The notes under the pieces are model-generated. The model did no database searches and was not told the DNA's origin. It worked only from the letters and a program-made list of their open reading frames with translations. 64,000 nucleotides of DNA from an uncultured bacterium. Lineage in GTDB: Bacteria; Patescibacteriota; Microgenomatia; Levybacterales; UBA12049. Below, piece by piece: positions 55,099-63,836 of the stretch (its first letter is position 1; the number at the start of each line of letters is the position of its first letter). The stretch covers positions 192,809 through 256,808 of the forward strand of contig CAWGXL010000011.1 of assembly GCA_963826535.1 (NCBI GenBank), read 5' to 3'. The translations under genes were made by a program, and so were the position numbers.

Positions 55099-56094
55099 TT
55101 ATTTTTTCTTCAAATATTTTTTTACTTCTTTGTCAAAGTCGGAGAAGTATTTTTTGTCTTCATCTTTTCGATATTTTTCATACTCGTTATGAGCTATGGT
55201 TTCTGCTTTTTTGGCGCTGATTGATCCTGCGTCTTTTAGTATTTGTTTTTCGCTTAATTTCAAAAATTTATCGAGCTTAGACACCCAATCACTCATTTTC
55301 ATCAATCTGGCATTTGTTGCTTGTAGCTCGGCAAAGTCTAAATAAAGCGACACAATCAAATTTAATTGTTTGATTTCCGGTTCTGAGAGATAATTTTTGG
55401 CGATTGTTGTATCTGAGGCATGGATCTTTGATCCTTTGAAACTTGTTAAACCCATGTTTGGTTGTTTGCTATTGGCTCTTGTCGCGATAACTTCGGCGGC
55501 TGTGTGTCCATGGACTGCGTAGTGCATTTTATTTTGCACAGTTGCAAAAAATTCTTGAGTTAACTTATTATCTTTGCTGTAATCAATACTTGTGGCGTAT
55601 ATATCAGTGACTTTTTGATAAAAGTTTCGCTCACTGGCTCGAATATCCCGTATGCGCTCCAGAAGTTCATCGAAATAGGATGCTTTTCTGCCACCTTCTT
55701 TAAGACGCTCGTCATCAAGCGTAAAGCCTTTGACTATATATTCCCGGAGTCTTTGTGTGGCCCAAATACGAAATTGAGTGCCGCGAATTGATTTAACACG
55801 ATAGCCCACGGAAATAATTACATCGAGATTGTAGTATTCAACAGAACGCTTTTTCTCAACACCACCTTCTGTTTGAACTGTCAAGTAATCCTTGACAGTT
55901 GATTCTCTTGATAATTCAGCTTCTTTATAAATATTATTGACATGGAGACTAATGTTTTGTTTTGTGGTTTCAAATAGCTCAGTCATTTGAGCCTGGTTTA
56001 ACCAGGCTGTTTCGCCTTCAAAACGTACATCAACTTTTGTTTTACCGTCTGGTGTTTGGTAGAGAATAATCTCTGATTTATTTTTGCTTGTCAT
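55099..56094 (-). CDS. RhuM-family (virulence_RhuM) protein embedded in the type I R-M operon
   Basis: YQTPDGKTKVDVRFEGETAWLNQAQMTELF is the hallmark N-terminus of RhuM-family proteins. The hsdM-hsdS slot is the usual genomic position for this family. Confidence 0.7.
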   Translation of the reverse strand: MTSKNKSEIILYQTPDGKTKVDVRFEGETAWLNQAQMTELFETTKQNISLHVNNIYKEAELSRESTVKDYLTVQTEGGVEKKRSVEYYNLDVIISVGYRVKSIRGTQFRIWATQRLREYIVKGFTLDDERLKEGGRKASYFDELLERIRDIRASERNFYQKVTDIYATSIDYSKDNKLTQEFFATVQNKMHYAVHGHTAAEVIATRANSKQPNMGLTSFKGSKIHASDTTIAKNYLSEPEIKQLNLIVSLYLDFAELQATNARLMKMSDWVSKLDKFLKLSEKQILKDAGSISAKKAETIAHNEYEKYRKDEDKKYFSDFDKEVKKYLKKK

Positions 56095-56143
56095 AGTTAC
56101 CTTTCTTATTTTACTTTTCAGGCCAAAAGTATAATATGGATTT

Positions 56144-57721
56144 CTATATTATAGTTTTCCAATCTTCTTCAATTTTCTTTTCTAAGCTGTGTGCCTCTTT
56201 TGTGAGAGTTTTGAATTCCGATGTTAGTTCGTTCATTCGTGCTTCAAATTCCACATTATCCATTTCTTTCTCAACTATTTCGATATATCTTCCAGGATTT
56301 AAGGAATAATCATTTTCTTTTATTTCATCAAGGGTGGCAGCTTTGCAACGGCCTTTTATGTCTTCATATTTTCCGTATCCTTCCTCACCACGATATCGCC
56401 TGACAATTCCTGCGATTTCCTGTATTTGTTCATCGCTCCAGTTGTTATGTGCGCGATCTACTGGGGTAAAGATATTTTGTGTGTTGATAAACAATATTTT
56501 ATTTTGTCTATCTGTTCCTTTTTTACCTTTGTCCAAAAACCATAATGTGGAAGAAAGTGTTACATTTAGAAACATATTGGGCGGTGTTGAAATAATCACA
56601 TCAACAAAATTTTTCTCAATAAGTTTTTTTCTAATCTCCTTCTCAGCATGTCCAGCATCAGTTGCGGAGTTGGCCATGACAAAACCAGATCTACCATTAG
56701 AATTTAAGGCGCTCGCAAAGATTTGCATCCAAAGGTAGTTTGCATTTGTAATGTTGCCTTGTTGGGTAGTAGGAAGTCCAAGAAAATAACGTGGATCGCG
56801 GTGTAAGCGCTCTGGATCAATAATTACTTGACCATTCTCGTCAACACCAGCAACATTAAATGGTGGATTAGCTAGAACAAAATCAAATTTACCGATACTG
56901 TTGTGTGCGTCTTCATAATATGAGTTTGCCGGAAGAATCTTTCCTGATAGACCATGAATTGCTAAATTCATTTTGGCAATTTTAATTGTTGCGTCTTTAG
57001 ACTCTTGACCATAAATTGTTACTTGATCCATTACTTTGGATTTATTTTTTAAATGTTCTTCGACAAACTTAGCTGAATGAACGAACATTCCACCGCTTCC
57101 ACAAGCCGGATCAAAGATCCGGCCATGGTATGGCTCTATAACTTCAACCAAAAGCTTAACTATAGATTGAGCTGTAAAAAATTCTCCACCATTTTTCCCT
57201 TCTGCAAGAGCAAAATTTCCTAAAAAATATTCATAGATCTCTCCAAACGCATCTCCTTCAATGTCTTCTGGAATCTGATTAAAATTTTTAAGAAGAGTAA
57301 TAAGGATCCTATTATTTTCATCTGCTTTTTGCGAGAGAAGTGAGTAATTTTGAGGCAGAACACCAGCGAGATCTCTGTTATATTCTTCAATTGACTTCAT
57401 TGCTTCGTTAATTGCTTTGCCTATGTTTTCATTTTCTGGAAGGCTGATTAGATGTGAATATGTGGCTTTTTCTGGTACATATAATACGCCTCTAGCTTTG
57501 TAGTCTTCTGGAGAGACTGGTCGCTGTCTGGTTGACTGTGAAGAAATTCTATCTTTCCCTATTTTTACTTTGACTTTTTTAAATCGTACATCGGCAAATT
57601 TAAGAAAAATGAGTCCTAGAATTGGAGCAGAAATTTCATTTAAATTTAGCCCACTATTGGCACGCATTTGCTCAGCCGATGCCCACAGTTGATCTTGAAG
57701 TTGCTTTTTTTGTGCAGTCAT
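56144..57721 (-). CDS. hsdM: Type I restriction-modification N6-adenine DNA methyltransferase subunit
   Basis: HsdM N-terminal domain. Motif I DPACGSGGMF. Motif IV VLANPPFN. Confidence 0.9.
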   Translation of the reverse strand: MTAQKKQLQDQLWASAEQMRANSGLNLNEISAPILGLIFLKFADVRFKKVKVKIGKDRISSQSTRQRPVSPEDYKARGVLYVPEKATYSHLISLPENENIGKAINEAMKSIEEYNRDLAGVLPQNYSLLSQKADENNRILITLLKNFNQIPEDIEGDAFGEIYEYFLGNFALAEGKNGGEFFTAQSIVKLLVEVIEPYHGRIFDPACGSGGMFVHSAKFVEEHLKNKSKVMDQVTIYGQESKDATIKIAKMNLAIHGLSGKILPANSYYEDAHNSIGKFDFVLANPPFNVAGVDENGQVIIDPERLHRDPRYFLGLPTTQQGNITNANYLWMQIFASALNSNGRSGFVMANSATDAGHAEKEIRKKLIEKNFVDVIISTPPNMFLNVTLSSTLWFLDKGKKGTDRQNKILFINTQNIFTPVDRAHNNWSDEQIQEIAGIVRRYRGEEGYGKYEDIKGRCKAATLDEIKENDYSLNPGRYIEIVEKEMDNVEFEARMNELTSEFKTLTKEAHSLEKKIEEDWKTII

Positions 57722-57807
57722 ATATTATTCCCTTATTAACTTAAAACTGATCCTTATTATAACCGGTATTGGGATGTTTTGCGAGTTGATGTAATGATGG
57801 GTGTATC

Positions 57808-57912
57808 ACTTTGGAATATAGCTGGTAAAAATTTCTGAGCAGCTGTAGGCGTGGCAGACGATGCAGCTGTAATTGTAGTCTGCTAGTATTGCGTCGCGGT
57901 GGATTTTGTCGG
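57808..57912. repeat. About 104-bp direct repeat, copy 1: a duplicated 3' fragment of the CAP-domain gene, 35 codons plus stop
   Basis: Reverse-strand translation DKIHRDAILADYNYSCIVCHAYSCSEIFTSYIPK* versus the real C-terminus DKIHRDAILADYTYSCIACHAHNCSEIFTSYIPK*. About 90% nucleotide identity with 58629-58732. Confidence 0.6.
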
Positions 57913-58033
57913 GTTTGCGAACCGAAATATTGTTGGGGAGTGTATGGCTCAAATTATAATCTGCTATAATAGCCTTACAAAGTTATAATATTACTATGTT
58001 ATACTGATTAGGTTATATCAGGAAAGGATATTT

Positions 58034-58330
58034 ATGAGCACAGCAACAACTATCACATTTTCAATTGATCCGGCACTTAAGAAGAGAGCAAAAGAAAAAG
58101 TTGAGAAACTAGGCTTTAGTCTTGATTTACTTGTTGGTTCTTTTGTTGATAAATTACTTACAGTAGTCGCGGATAAAGAAAATGCTGACGCAGAAATAGT
58201 TCTTCATTTAGAAAAACCAAATGAGTATTTTAAACGGGCTATCAAAAAATCCAGAGGTGATAGAAAAGCGGGAAAAGCATCCCCCACCTTTGAAAAAGCT
58301 GAAGATGCGATTGAGTGGCTACATAAATGA
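58034..58330 (+). CDS. RelB/DinJ-family antitoxin
   Basis: ITFSIDPALKKRAKEKVEKLGFSLDLLVGSFVDKL resembles the DinJ N-terminus (RHH-like). A RelE-type toxin remnant lies immediately downstream. Confidence 0.5.
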   Translation: MSTATTITFSIDPALKKRAKEKVEKLGFSLDLLVGSFVDKLLTVVADKENADAEIVLHLEKPNEYFKRAIKKSRGDRKAGKASPTFEKAEDAIEWLHK

Positions 58331-58336
58331 GCCATT

Positions 58337-58618
58337 ATGAAAGTTAAATTTAGCCCGGAGTTATCCGCAAGGCAGTTGATGAGAAAATAAAAATCTTCCA
58401 AAAAGATCCACAGAATTCAGATTTACATAATCATGAACTTCGTGATGAGTATAAAGGACTACGGAGTATTAATATTACCAATGACTATCGAGCAATCTAT
58501 GAGGAAATAAAAGAAAGGAAAGACACGATAACAGCGTACTTTTCTTTACTTGGAACACATAAAGAGCTCTACGAAGTAAAGAGATTTAGAGTCAGAGTAA
58601 GGTTTAAAAGACAATAAA
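58337..58618 (+). pseudogene. RelE/YafQ-family toxin gene disrupted by a frameshift
   Basis: Frame 1 gives MKVKFSPELSARQLMRK*. From 58372 another frame gives AVDEKIKIFQKDPQNSDLHNHELRDEYKGLRSINITNDYRAIYEEIKERKDTITAYFSLLGTHKELYEVKRFRVRVRFKRQ*, the RelE/YafQ core pattern. Confidence 0.5.
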
Positions 58619-58626
58619 TAACTATA

Positions 58627-59517
58627 TTACTTTGGAATATAGCTGGTGAAAATCTCTGAGCAGTTGTGGGCGTGGCAGGCGATGCAGCTGTAGGTGTAGT
58701 CTGCTAAGATTGCGTCGCGGTGGATTTTGTCGTTGATCCACCAATTAAATGCGTGTTGCTCGGTTGTAAAATTGATTATGTTTTCATTAACGTAATAAGG
58801 CAGATTCATTGCTCTTAAGCCTGAGTGCATGGCGCTGTTACCGTAGATTTCATTGTAAACCTCAGGGGCTCTGTTTTGGGCGATGGCACAGACTGCTTCG
58901 TCTTTTTTAAAGGGGGGTAGATCAAAAGTGCTTCTATAATTATTGACCATAGCAAACAATTCATTTGCGTTAAGCCCGTTCACAGGCGCTGCTTGCTTAG
59001 TAATAGTCGGAATTGGAAAAGGAGTTGGGGTGGGCGTACTGGTAGGTTTGGGGGCTTGCCCCGATTGAACTTTGATTTTTTCACTGGGTTTTGCGGTTAC
59101 AATCGGGGTATCGGGGGAGCCCGGGGTGGGCGTAGACGTTGGTTTTAATGTCGGCTTGGGCGCTCGCTCCGATTTTATCGGGGTTAAAGTCCCTGCTGTT
59201 GGGAGGTTTGAAGTGGGTATTAAAATTTTATCTTCTGCAGGTGCACGATGTACTGATGAAAGGATATTGGGGGCCTGCCCCGATTTTATCGAGGTTGGGT
59301 ATAAGGTAATATTCTTTAGTTCCTTTTCGAGTGCCAAAACTTCCATTTCCATTTTTTGAAGCTCGGGGTCGTGGCCTGATTTAAGCGGAGCCGGAGTAGA
59401 TTTAATAACAACTTTCTTAATAATTGCTGAGTTACTTTTGTTAATTGGCAGCCCCGGAATAATACTTGAGGTAAAAGTACTCGCCATTAAGAAAAATGAA
59501 GTCAAAAGCTCAAACAT
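58627..59517 (-). CDS. Secreted CAP/SCP (YkwD-like) domain protein with a Pro/Thr-rich linker
   Basis: Signal peptide. PTSTPTPTPFPIPT linker. C-terminal NYRSTFDLPP ... WINDKIHRDAIL ... YSCIACH parallels the YkwD/CAP motifs (WMNSPGHRANIL). Confidence 0.55.
   Translation of the reverse strand: MFELLTSFFLMASTFTSSIIPGLPINKSNSAIIKKVVIKSTPAPLKSGHDPELQKMEMEVLALEKELKNITLYPTSIKSGQAPNILSSVHRAPAEDKILIPTSNLPTAGTLTPIKSERAPKPTLKPTSTPTPGSPDTPIVTAKPSEKIKVQSGQAPKPTSTPTPTPFPIPTITKQAAPVNGLNANELFAMVNNYRSTFDLPPFKKDEAVCAIAQNRAPEVYNEIYGNSAMHSGLRAMNLPYYVNENIINFTTEQHAFNWWINDKIHRDAILADYTYSCIACHAHNCSEIFTSYIPK
58629..58732. repeat. About 104-bp direct repeat, copy 2 (the functional 3' end of the CAP-domain gene)
   Basis: See 57808-57912. 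Together the copies bracket the DinJ-RelE(pseudo) cassette. Confidence 0.6.
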
Positions 59518-59572
59518 ATTATTACTATACCATTTTTTGCTAATAAAATTTATCTATCCCAGCGTAGAAGGG

Positions 59573-60085
59573 TTAGGGAGTGTATCGGAATGAATGGGCG
59601 ATTTGGTCGAGGTCGGAGAATAATTCTTTAAATTCTGTTTTAATCGAGAAAACCCAGCTATTAGCGTAAATTGAATAGTATGTCTCTTCTCCAATTTTCT
59701 CTTTTACAGCTTCATGATTATTTATTACTAGTTTTTCTTTTTCTTTGATAATTAGATTGTTTTTTTGATTTAAATCATTTAGGTATCCTTCTAGAGAATT
59801 ATAGTTTGTTCCTGCTCTAGACAAAACAATTTCACGTTTTCCATTTTTTTCTTTTAAGGTAATCGTTCCGAATTTTTCTTCAACTGAGTAATTTACGGGC
59901 ACATCAATTGTAATTTTAAGAAGTTTTGATGTGTAACTTCTTGTTAACTCTTGTGAATTGGTTGCACTATTATCTACTTTTGTTATTTGATTTCGCGGTA
60001 GAATATAGTAGCCAAGAATAATGATAATAATGACTACACCCAATAGCCATAAATAGTTTTTATTTCCTTTTGTATTCTTTGCCAT
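59573..60085 (-). CDS. Hypothetical membrane-anchored secreted protein
   Basis: N-terminal TM LWLLGVVIIIIILGYYIL. No motif recognised. Confidence 0.3.
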   Translation of the reverse strand: MAKNTKGNKNYLWLLGVVIIIIILGYYILPRNQITKVDNSATNSQELTRSYTSKLLKITIDVPVNYSVEEKFGTITLKEKNGKREIVLSRAGTNYNSLEGYLNDLNQKNNLIIKEKEKLVINNHEAVKEKIGEETYYSIYANSWVFSIKTEFKELFSDLDQIAHSFRYTP

Positions 60086-60086
60086 A

Positions 60087-62987
60087 TTAATATTTATATT
60101 TCAGACTACCTTGTTGAGTAAATAATTGCAATAGAATAATGCCAGGCTTGATTTCACTTGTGTAGGTGGTAGTACCAGGACTTTTGGTATAGATTTTTGT
60201 TGTGTTGCTTGAAGACGAATAAAGTGTAAAGATTTTTTTGTCATCTTTGAGACTGTAATATTGATCCAATTGTTTTATTTTATTGGTTTTATCAGTAAGA
60301 GCCAGGGTAAAAAAGACATTTGGGTCAAGAGATAGAGATGGGTTGCTATTGTATTGCAGACTATTAACGTTTAGTGCAACTTGCTTATCAATCTTTACTT
60401 TACCAATGGTTAAGAGAAGCTTATTGCCTGCCTGATCGGCAATAGTGTATTTCGGGCGAAGTGGTTGGGTTTTATCAACTGTAAAGGTGGTTGATCCCAA
60501 ATTATCTTTTCCTGTAACTATACTGTCAAAACTTGATAAGTCGTAACCGATTTGTGCTTCGGGTGAAGTTTTATCAATATTTATTCCATTAAAGTTTAAT
60601 TCACTTTTATTCCCTGCATTATCTTCACAAATACTTTTTACCGACTGATTCTTGCCCTCGGTTTTTACAATAATTGGTTCACTAACTATTTTTACACCTG
60701 AAGTATTGTCTGTGCAATTAAACTTAACTTGCACATCTGCATTGGTCCATGAACCACTAGCATATGGTAACCCTTTTGTAAAAGCAACGGCAGATAAGGT
60801 TGGGGGTTTTGAATCATATTTGAAATTAAATGAAGTAGAACCGATATTTCCCGCTTTATCGGTACAATATCCCTCAACGATAGCATTCTCATTATCCGGT
60901 TCTTTGTAGATGATTGATTCTGTGCAGTTGTCAATTCCTGAGTCGTAGTCCTGTCCGGTAAATGAAATAGTTACCGGATGATTATACCAGTCGTTTGTGT
61001 CAGGGGTTCTATCAGCAGATGCTGATAAAGCCGGTGGAGTTTTATCGATGTCAAATTCTATTGAATTTATGTCCTCAATGTTACCATCGTTATCTTCAGA
61101 GTAATATTCAATTTTATGATGGCCTTCGGTAGTAAACATAAGTGGGTCGGAATATTTTTGCCAATCCCCGCTCTCCAGTTTATAAGCGGTATATTTGACT
61201 CCCAAACCCCCATCATTATCTATAGAATTAAAAATTAATTGAGTCTCAGATCTGAACCAATTCAACTGTCCTTTTTCGCCTTGTAAATCTGCGCTCGTTG
61301 TGGGAGCAATTGTATCCAGTCTTTCTCCCATTAGGGCAAAATATGTCAGGTGGTCTACTTGAGCGCTTGCTTTATTATTGAGAAAATTAATTAATGATTC
61401 TTCTTTTACCCAATTCTCGCGATCTGTGCTTGAGTAAATAGATAAAGAACCTATCTTATAACGGGAAATATCGGCTTGCGTGAAGTCAATAACCACAAGC
61501 ATTGGATTAGTTAGAATAGTTATTAAGGAGCCAAGGGGGTCTTTAAGTATAATATCCATTACAGATCCGACAGATTCCAGATTGTCTGAGGATTTTGCTG
61601 CGGGTGCAGCTTTCATTTCAATAGTTGATCCAACAGCTACCGTGTTTGCTGGAAGCTCGACCAAGTATTTTCCTGTTTTAAAAATAACCCCATTGGCAGG
61701 AATAGTTGCGTCAAGTGCATCAAGCTTTTTATTCCATAGATAGTAACTTTTATTTCCGGTTTTCTGCTTGCTATTATAGATGAAGGAATAATTTTCCCAC
61801 GGATCTTGGTCTATAGACTGCCAGCCAAACGGATCAACAAGTCCATCAGGAATATTGTCTTCAAAATTTCCGTCCTTGTTCTTGTCTTCAATTACCATAA
61901 AATGGATATGGGCACCAACTTCTCCAGCCGGACTCACGTTTCCTGTGAAACCTACTTTGCCAATAATTTGTCCGGAATTTACACTGACAGGCTGATTTGG
62001 AGTGTGTGTAATAAGACCTTTATGATCCAGATGATAGTATCTTGTTTGGAATCCGTTTTCATGATCTATATGAATGGCATTGCCACATGCACCGCAAGTA
62101 TTTACAAAGGTAGCAATGCCAGATGCTGCTGCAAGGACATTGTCTTCAAATTCTACTTCGGCAGGGTTTCCGTAGTCATAACCATCATGGCGGGAGTAAC
62201 TTAGTCTAGTACTTATTTCATTTTTATAAGTTGTAATTTGGTTTAAAAAATCTTTAGGTTCGATTAGTCCACTACTTAATAATGGATATGTATGATCAAA
62301 AAAGGTATTAATAGACATTGCCGCCTCATTAAAGTCCATTCCTTTTTCTTCATAATCCCACGGTAAATCGAGGAATGGTTGAGGGGGTGTGGGGGTGGGT
62401 GGAGATGTAGGGGTTGGCGTGGGAGTGGGGGTTGGTGATGGGCCGGGGGCGTTGGTGTTTACTAGATGTATTGGGTCGCTGGCTATGCTGAAACCACAGA
62501 TATCGTAGAGCGCAACATGCACTCTGTTTGCTCCGACTCCAAAGAGGTGGGTGATGTCTTTGGGTGGAAAGGAATCAAGTTGGGTGCAGTTTGTTTGATA
62601 TGAATGGGTAAATGATAATGGCGAGCTATTGTCTCTGGTAACTGTGATATTAATCGCATCGTCGGCCCAGGTATTACCCGAACCATCGGAATTGCGGCTG
62701 AGTATAATATTGCCAGAGGTATAATTAATAATGATATCCTTTTGAAAAAACGTCTCACCAACAGTTGTAGGCGGACGCGCTGGAACACCGGAGGTGATAA
62801 GGTAGGGAAATGTTGCGGCAAGTGCTTTCTGTGGAAAGATAGTAAATAATAATATAAGAATCAGAATAATACGAGAAAAGTAGTAAAATTTAGTAATAGG
62901 ATTGTGAAGATTTCTCATTTTCATTATTATAGTTATACGAGAGTTGTAACTATTTATAATATAGAGATAATAGTTGGGATTTGTCAA
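60087..62987 (-). CDS. Giant secreted M23-family metallopeptidase (LytM-like) with a Pro/Thr linker and C-terminal Ig-like repeats
   Basis: Signal peptide. PTPTPTPTPTSPPTPTPP linker. M23 motifs HDGYDYG (HxxxD) ... GAHIHFMV (HxH). Repeated beta-rich C-terminal modules. 966 aa. Confidence 0.7.
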   Translation of the reverse strand: MTNPNYYLYIINSYNSRITIIMKMRNLHNPITKFYYFSRIILILILLFTIFPQKALAATFPYLITSGVPARPPTTVGETFFQKDIIINYTSGNIILSRNSDGSGNTWADDAINITVTRDNSSPLSFTHSYQTNCTQLDSFPPKDITHLFGVGANRVHVALYDICGFSIASDPIHLVNTNAPGPSPTPTPTPTPTSPPTPTPPQPFLDLPWDYEEKGMDFNEAAMSINTFFDHTYPLLSSGLIEPKDFLNQITTYKNEISTRLSYSRHDGYDYGNPAEVEFEDNVLAAASGIATFVNTCGACGNAIHIDHENGFQTRYYHLDHKGLITHTPNQPVSVNSGQIIGKVGFTGNVSPAGEVGAHIHFMVIEDKNKDGNFEDNIPDGLVDPFGWQSIDQDPWENYSFIYNSKQKTGNKSYYLWNKKLDALDATIPANGVIFKTGKYLVELPANTVAVGSTIEMKAAPAAKSSDNLESVGSVMDIILKDPLGSLITILTNPMLVVIDFTQADISRYKIGSLSIYSSTDRENWVKEESLINFLNNKASAQVDHLTYFALMGERLDTIAPTTSADLQGEKGQLNWFRSETQLIFNSIDNDGGLGVKYTAYKLESGDWQKYSDPLMFTTEGHHKIEYYSEDNDGNIEDINSIEFDIDKTPPALSASADRTPDTNDWYNHPVTISFTGQDYDSGIDNCTESIIYKEPDNENAIVEGYCTDKAGNIGSTSFNFKYDSKPPTLSAVAFTKGLPYASGSWTNADVQVKFNCTDNTSGVKIVSEPIIVKTEGKNQSVKSICEDNAGNKSELNFNGINIDKTSPEAQIGYDLSSFDSIVTGKDNLGSTTFTVDKTQPLRPKYTIADQAGNKLLLTIGKVKIDKQVALNVNSLQYNSNPSLSLDPNVFFTLALTDKTNKIKQLDQYYSLKDDKKIFTLYSSSSNTTKIYTKSPGTTTYTSEIKPGIILLQLFTQQGSLKYKY

Positions 62988-63005
62988 GTAAGAATATACT
63001 TATGT

Positions 63006-63710
63006 CTAGGGATGCTTTACTGTGTTTTCTCTAAAACTGAAGTAGGAATTGCGGCCGATTATTAGGTGGTCGAGCATGTTGATGCCCATGATTTTGCCTG
63101 CTTCGAAGAGGAGTTTGGTTACTTTGGTGTCTTCGTCGGAGGGGTCGGGGTCGCCGGAGGGGTGGTTGTGGGCGACGATGAAGGCGGCGGCGTGGCGGCG
63201 GATGGCGGCTTCTAGGGTTTCTCTGGGATGGACGAGGCTTGAGGTGAGGGTGCCGATAAAAATTGTGTCTATGGCGAGAATTTGGCTTTTGGTGTTGAGG
63301 GAGATGACGACAAAATGTTCTTTGGCTGAGTTTCCGATTTTGTTCTTAACAGAGGAATAAATTTCTTCTGGTGAAATTGGTTTTTGTTTGCTTTTGATTG
63401 TTATAGGAATGGAATTTCGCTCGAGACGGCGGGCTAATTCCAGACTGGCTTTGATCTGACAGGCTTTGGCAAACCCCAGACCTTTTATGGTTTGAAGATC
63501 TTGCAGGGAGGCTTCATTGAGTCCTTCTAACGATCCGAAATGGCTGAGGAGTTTTTGGCTGGTTGTTATGACGGATTCGCCGGCGATGCCCCGTCCAAGA
63601 ATGATTGCGAGTAATTCATGGATTGAAAGTGCATCCGGTCCTAGGTTGGCAAGCCGTTCTCTGGGGCGTTCTTCGGGTGGCAGGTCGCGGATGGTATAGG
63701 TATTTCTCAT
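63006..63710 (-). CDS. radC: RadC-family JAB/MPN domain protein
   Basis: N-terminal HhH (LSIHELLAIILGRG). JAMM motif HNHPSGDPDPSDED. Markedly GC-richer than the flanking genes. Confidence 0.85.
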   Translation of the reverse strand: MRNTYTIRDLPPEERPRERLANLGPDALSIHELLAIILGRGIAGESVITTSQKLLSHFGSLEGLNEASLQDLQTIKGLGFAKACQIKASLELARRLERNSIPITIKSKQKPISPEEIYSSVKNKIGNSAKEHFVVISLNTKSQILAIDTIFIGTLTSSLVHPRETLEAAIRRHAAAFIVAHNHPSGDPDPSDEDTKVTKLLFEAGKIMGINMLDHLIIGRNSYFSFRENTVKHP

Positions 63711-63836
63711 ATGATTAGAGTAGCAGAGAAGTTAGTTTTGCTCAATAATTAAAAAAGGTTCACTTCAATTTATGTAACTAATAAAAAAACGCTCAATTGG
63801 CGGTTTTATGCGTTCCTTATAAACAAGTATTATTTA

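Noticed and set aside
62380-62460. G-rich, low-complexity stretches (GGGGGTGTGGGGGTGGGTGG...) resembling a noncoding repeat or G-quadruplex. A similar stretch lies at 59020-59170.
   Set aside because: They are the antisense of in-frame Pro/Thr linker coding (PTPTPTPTPTSPPTPTPP) in secreted proteins. Composition is explained by the protein.
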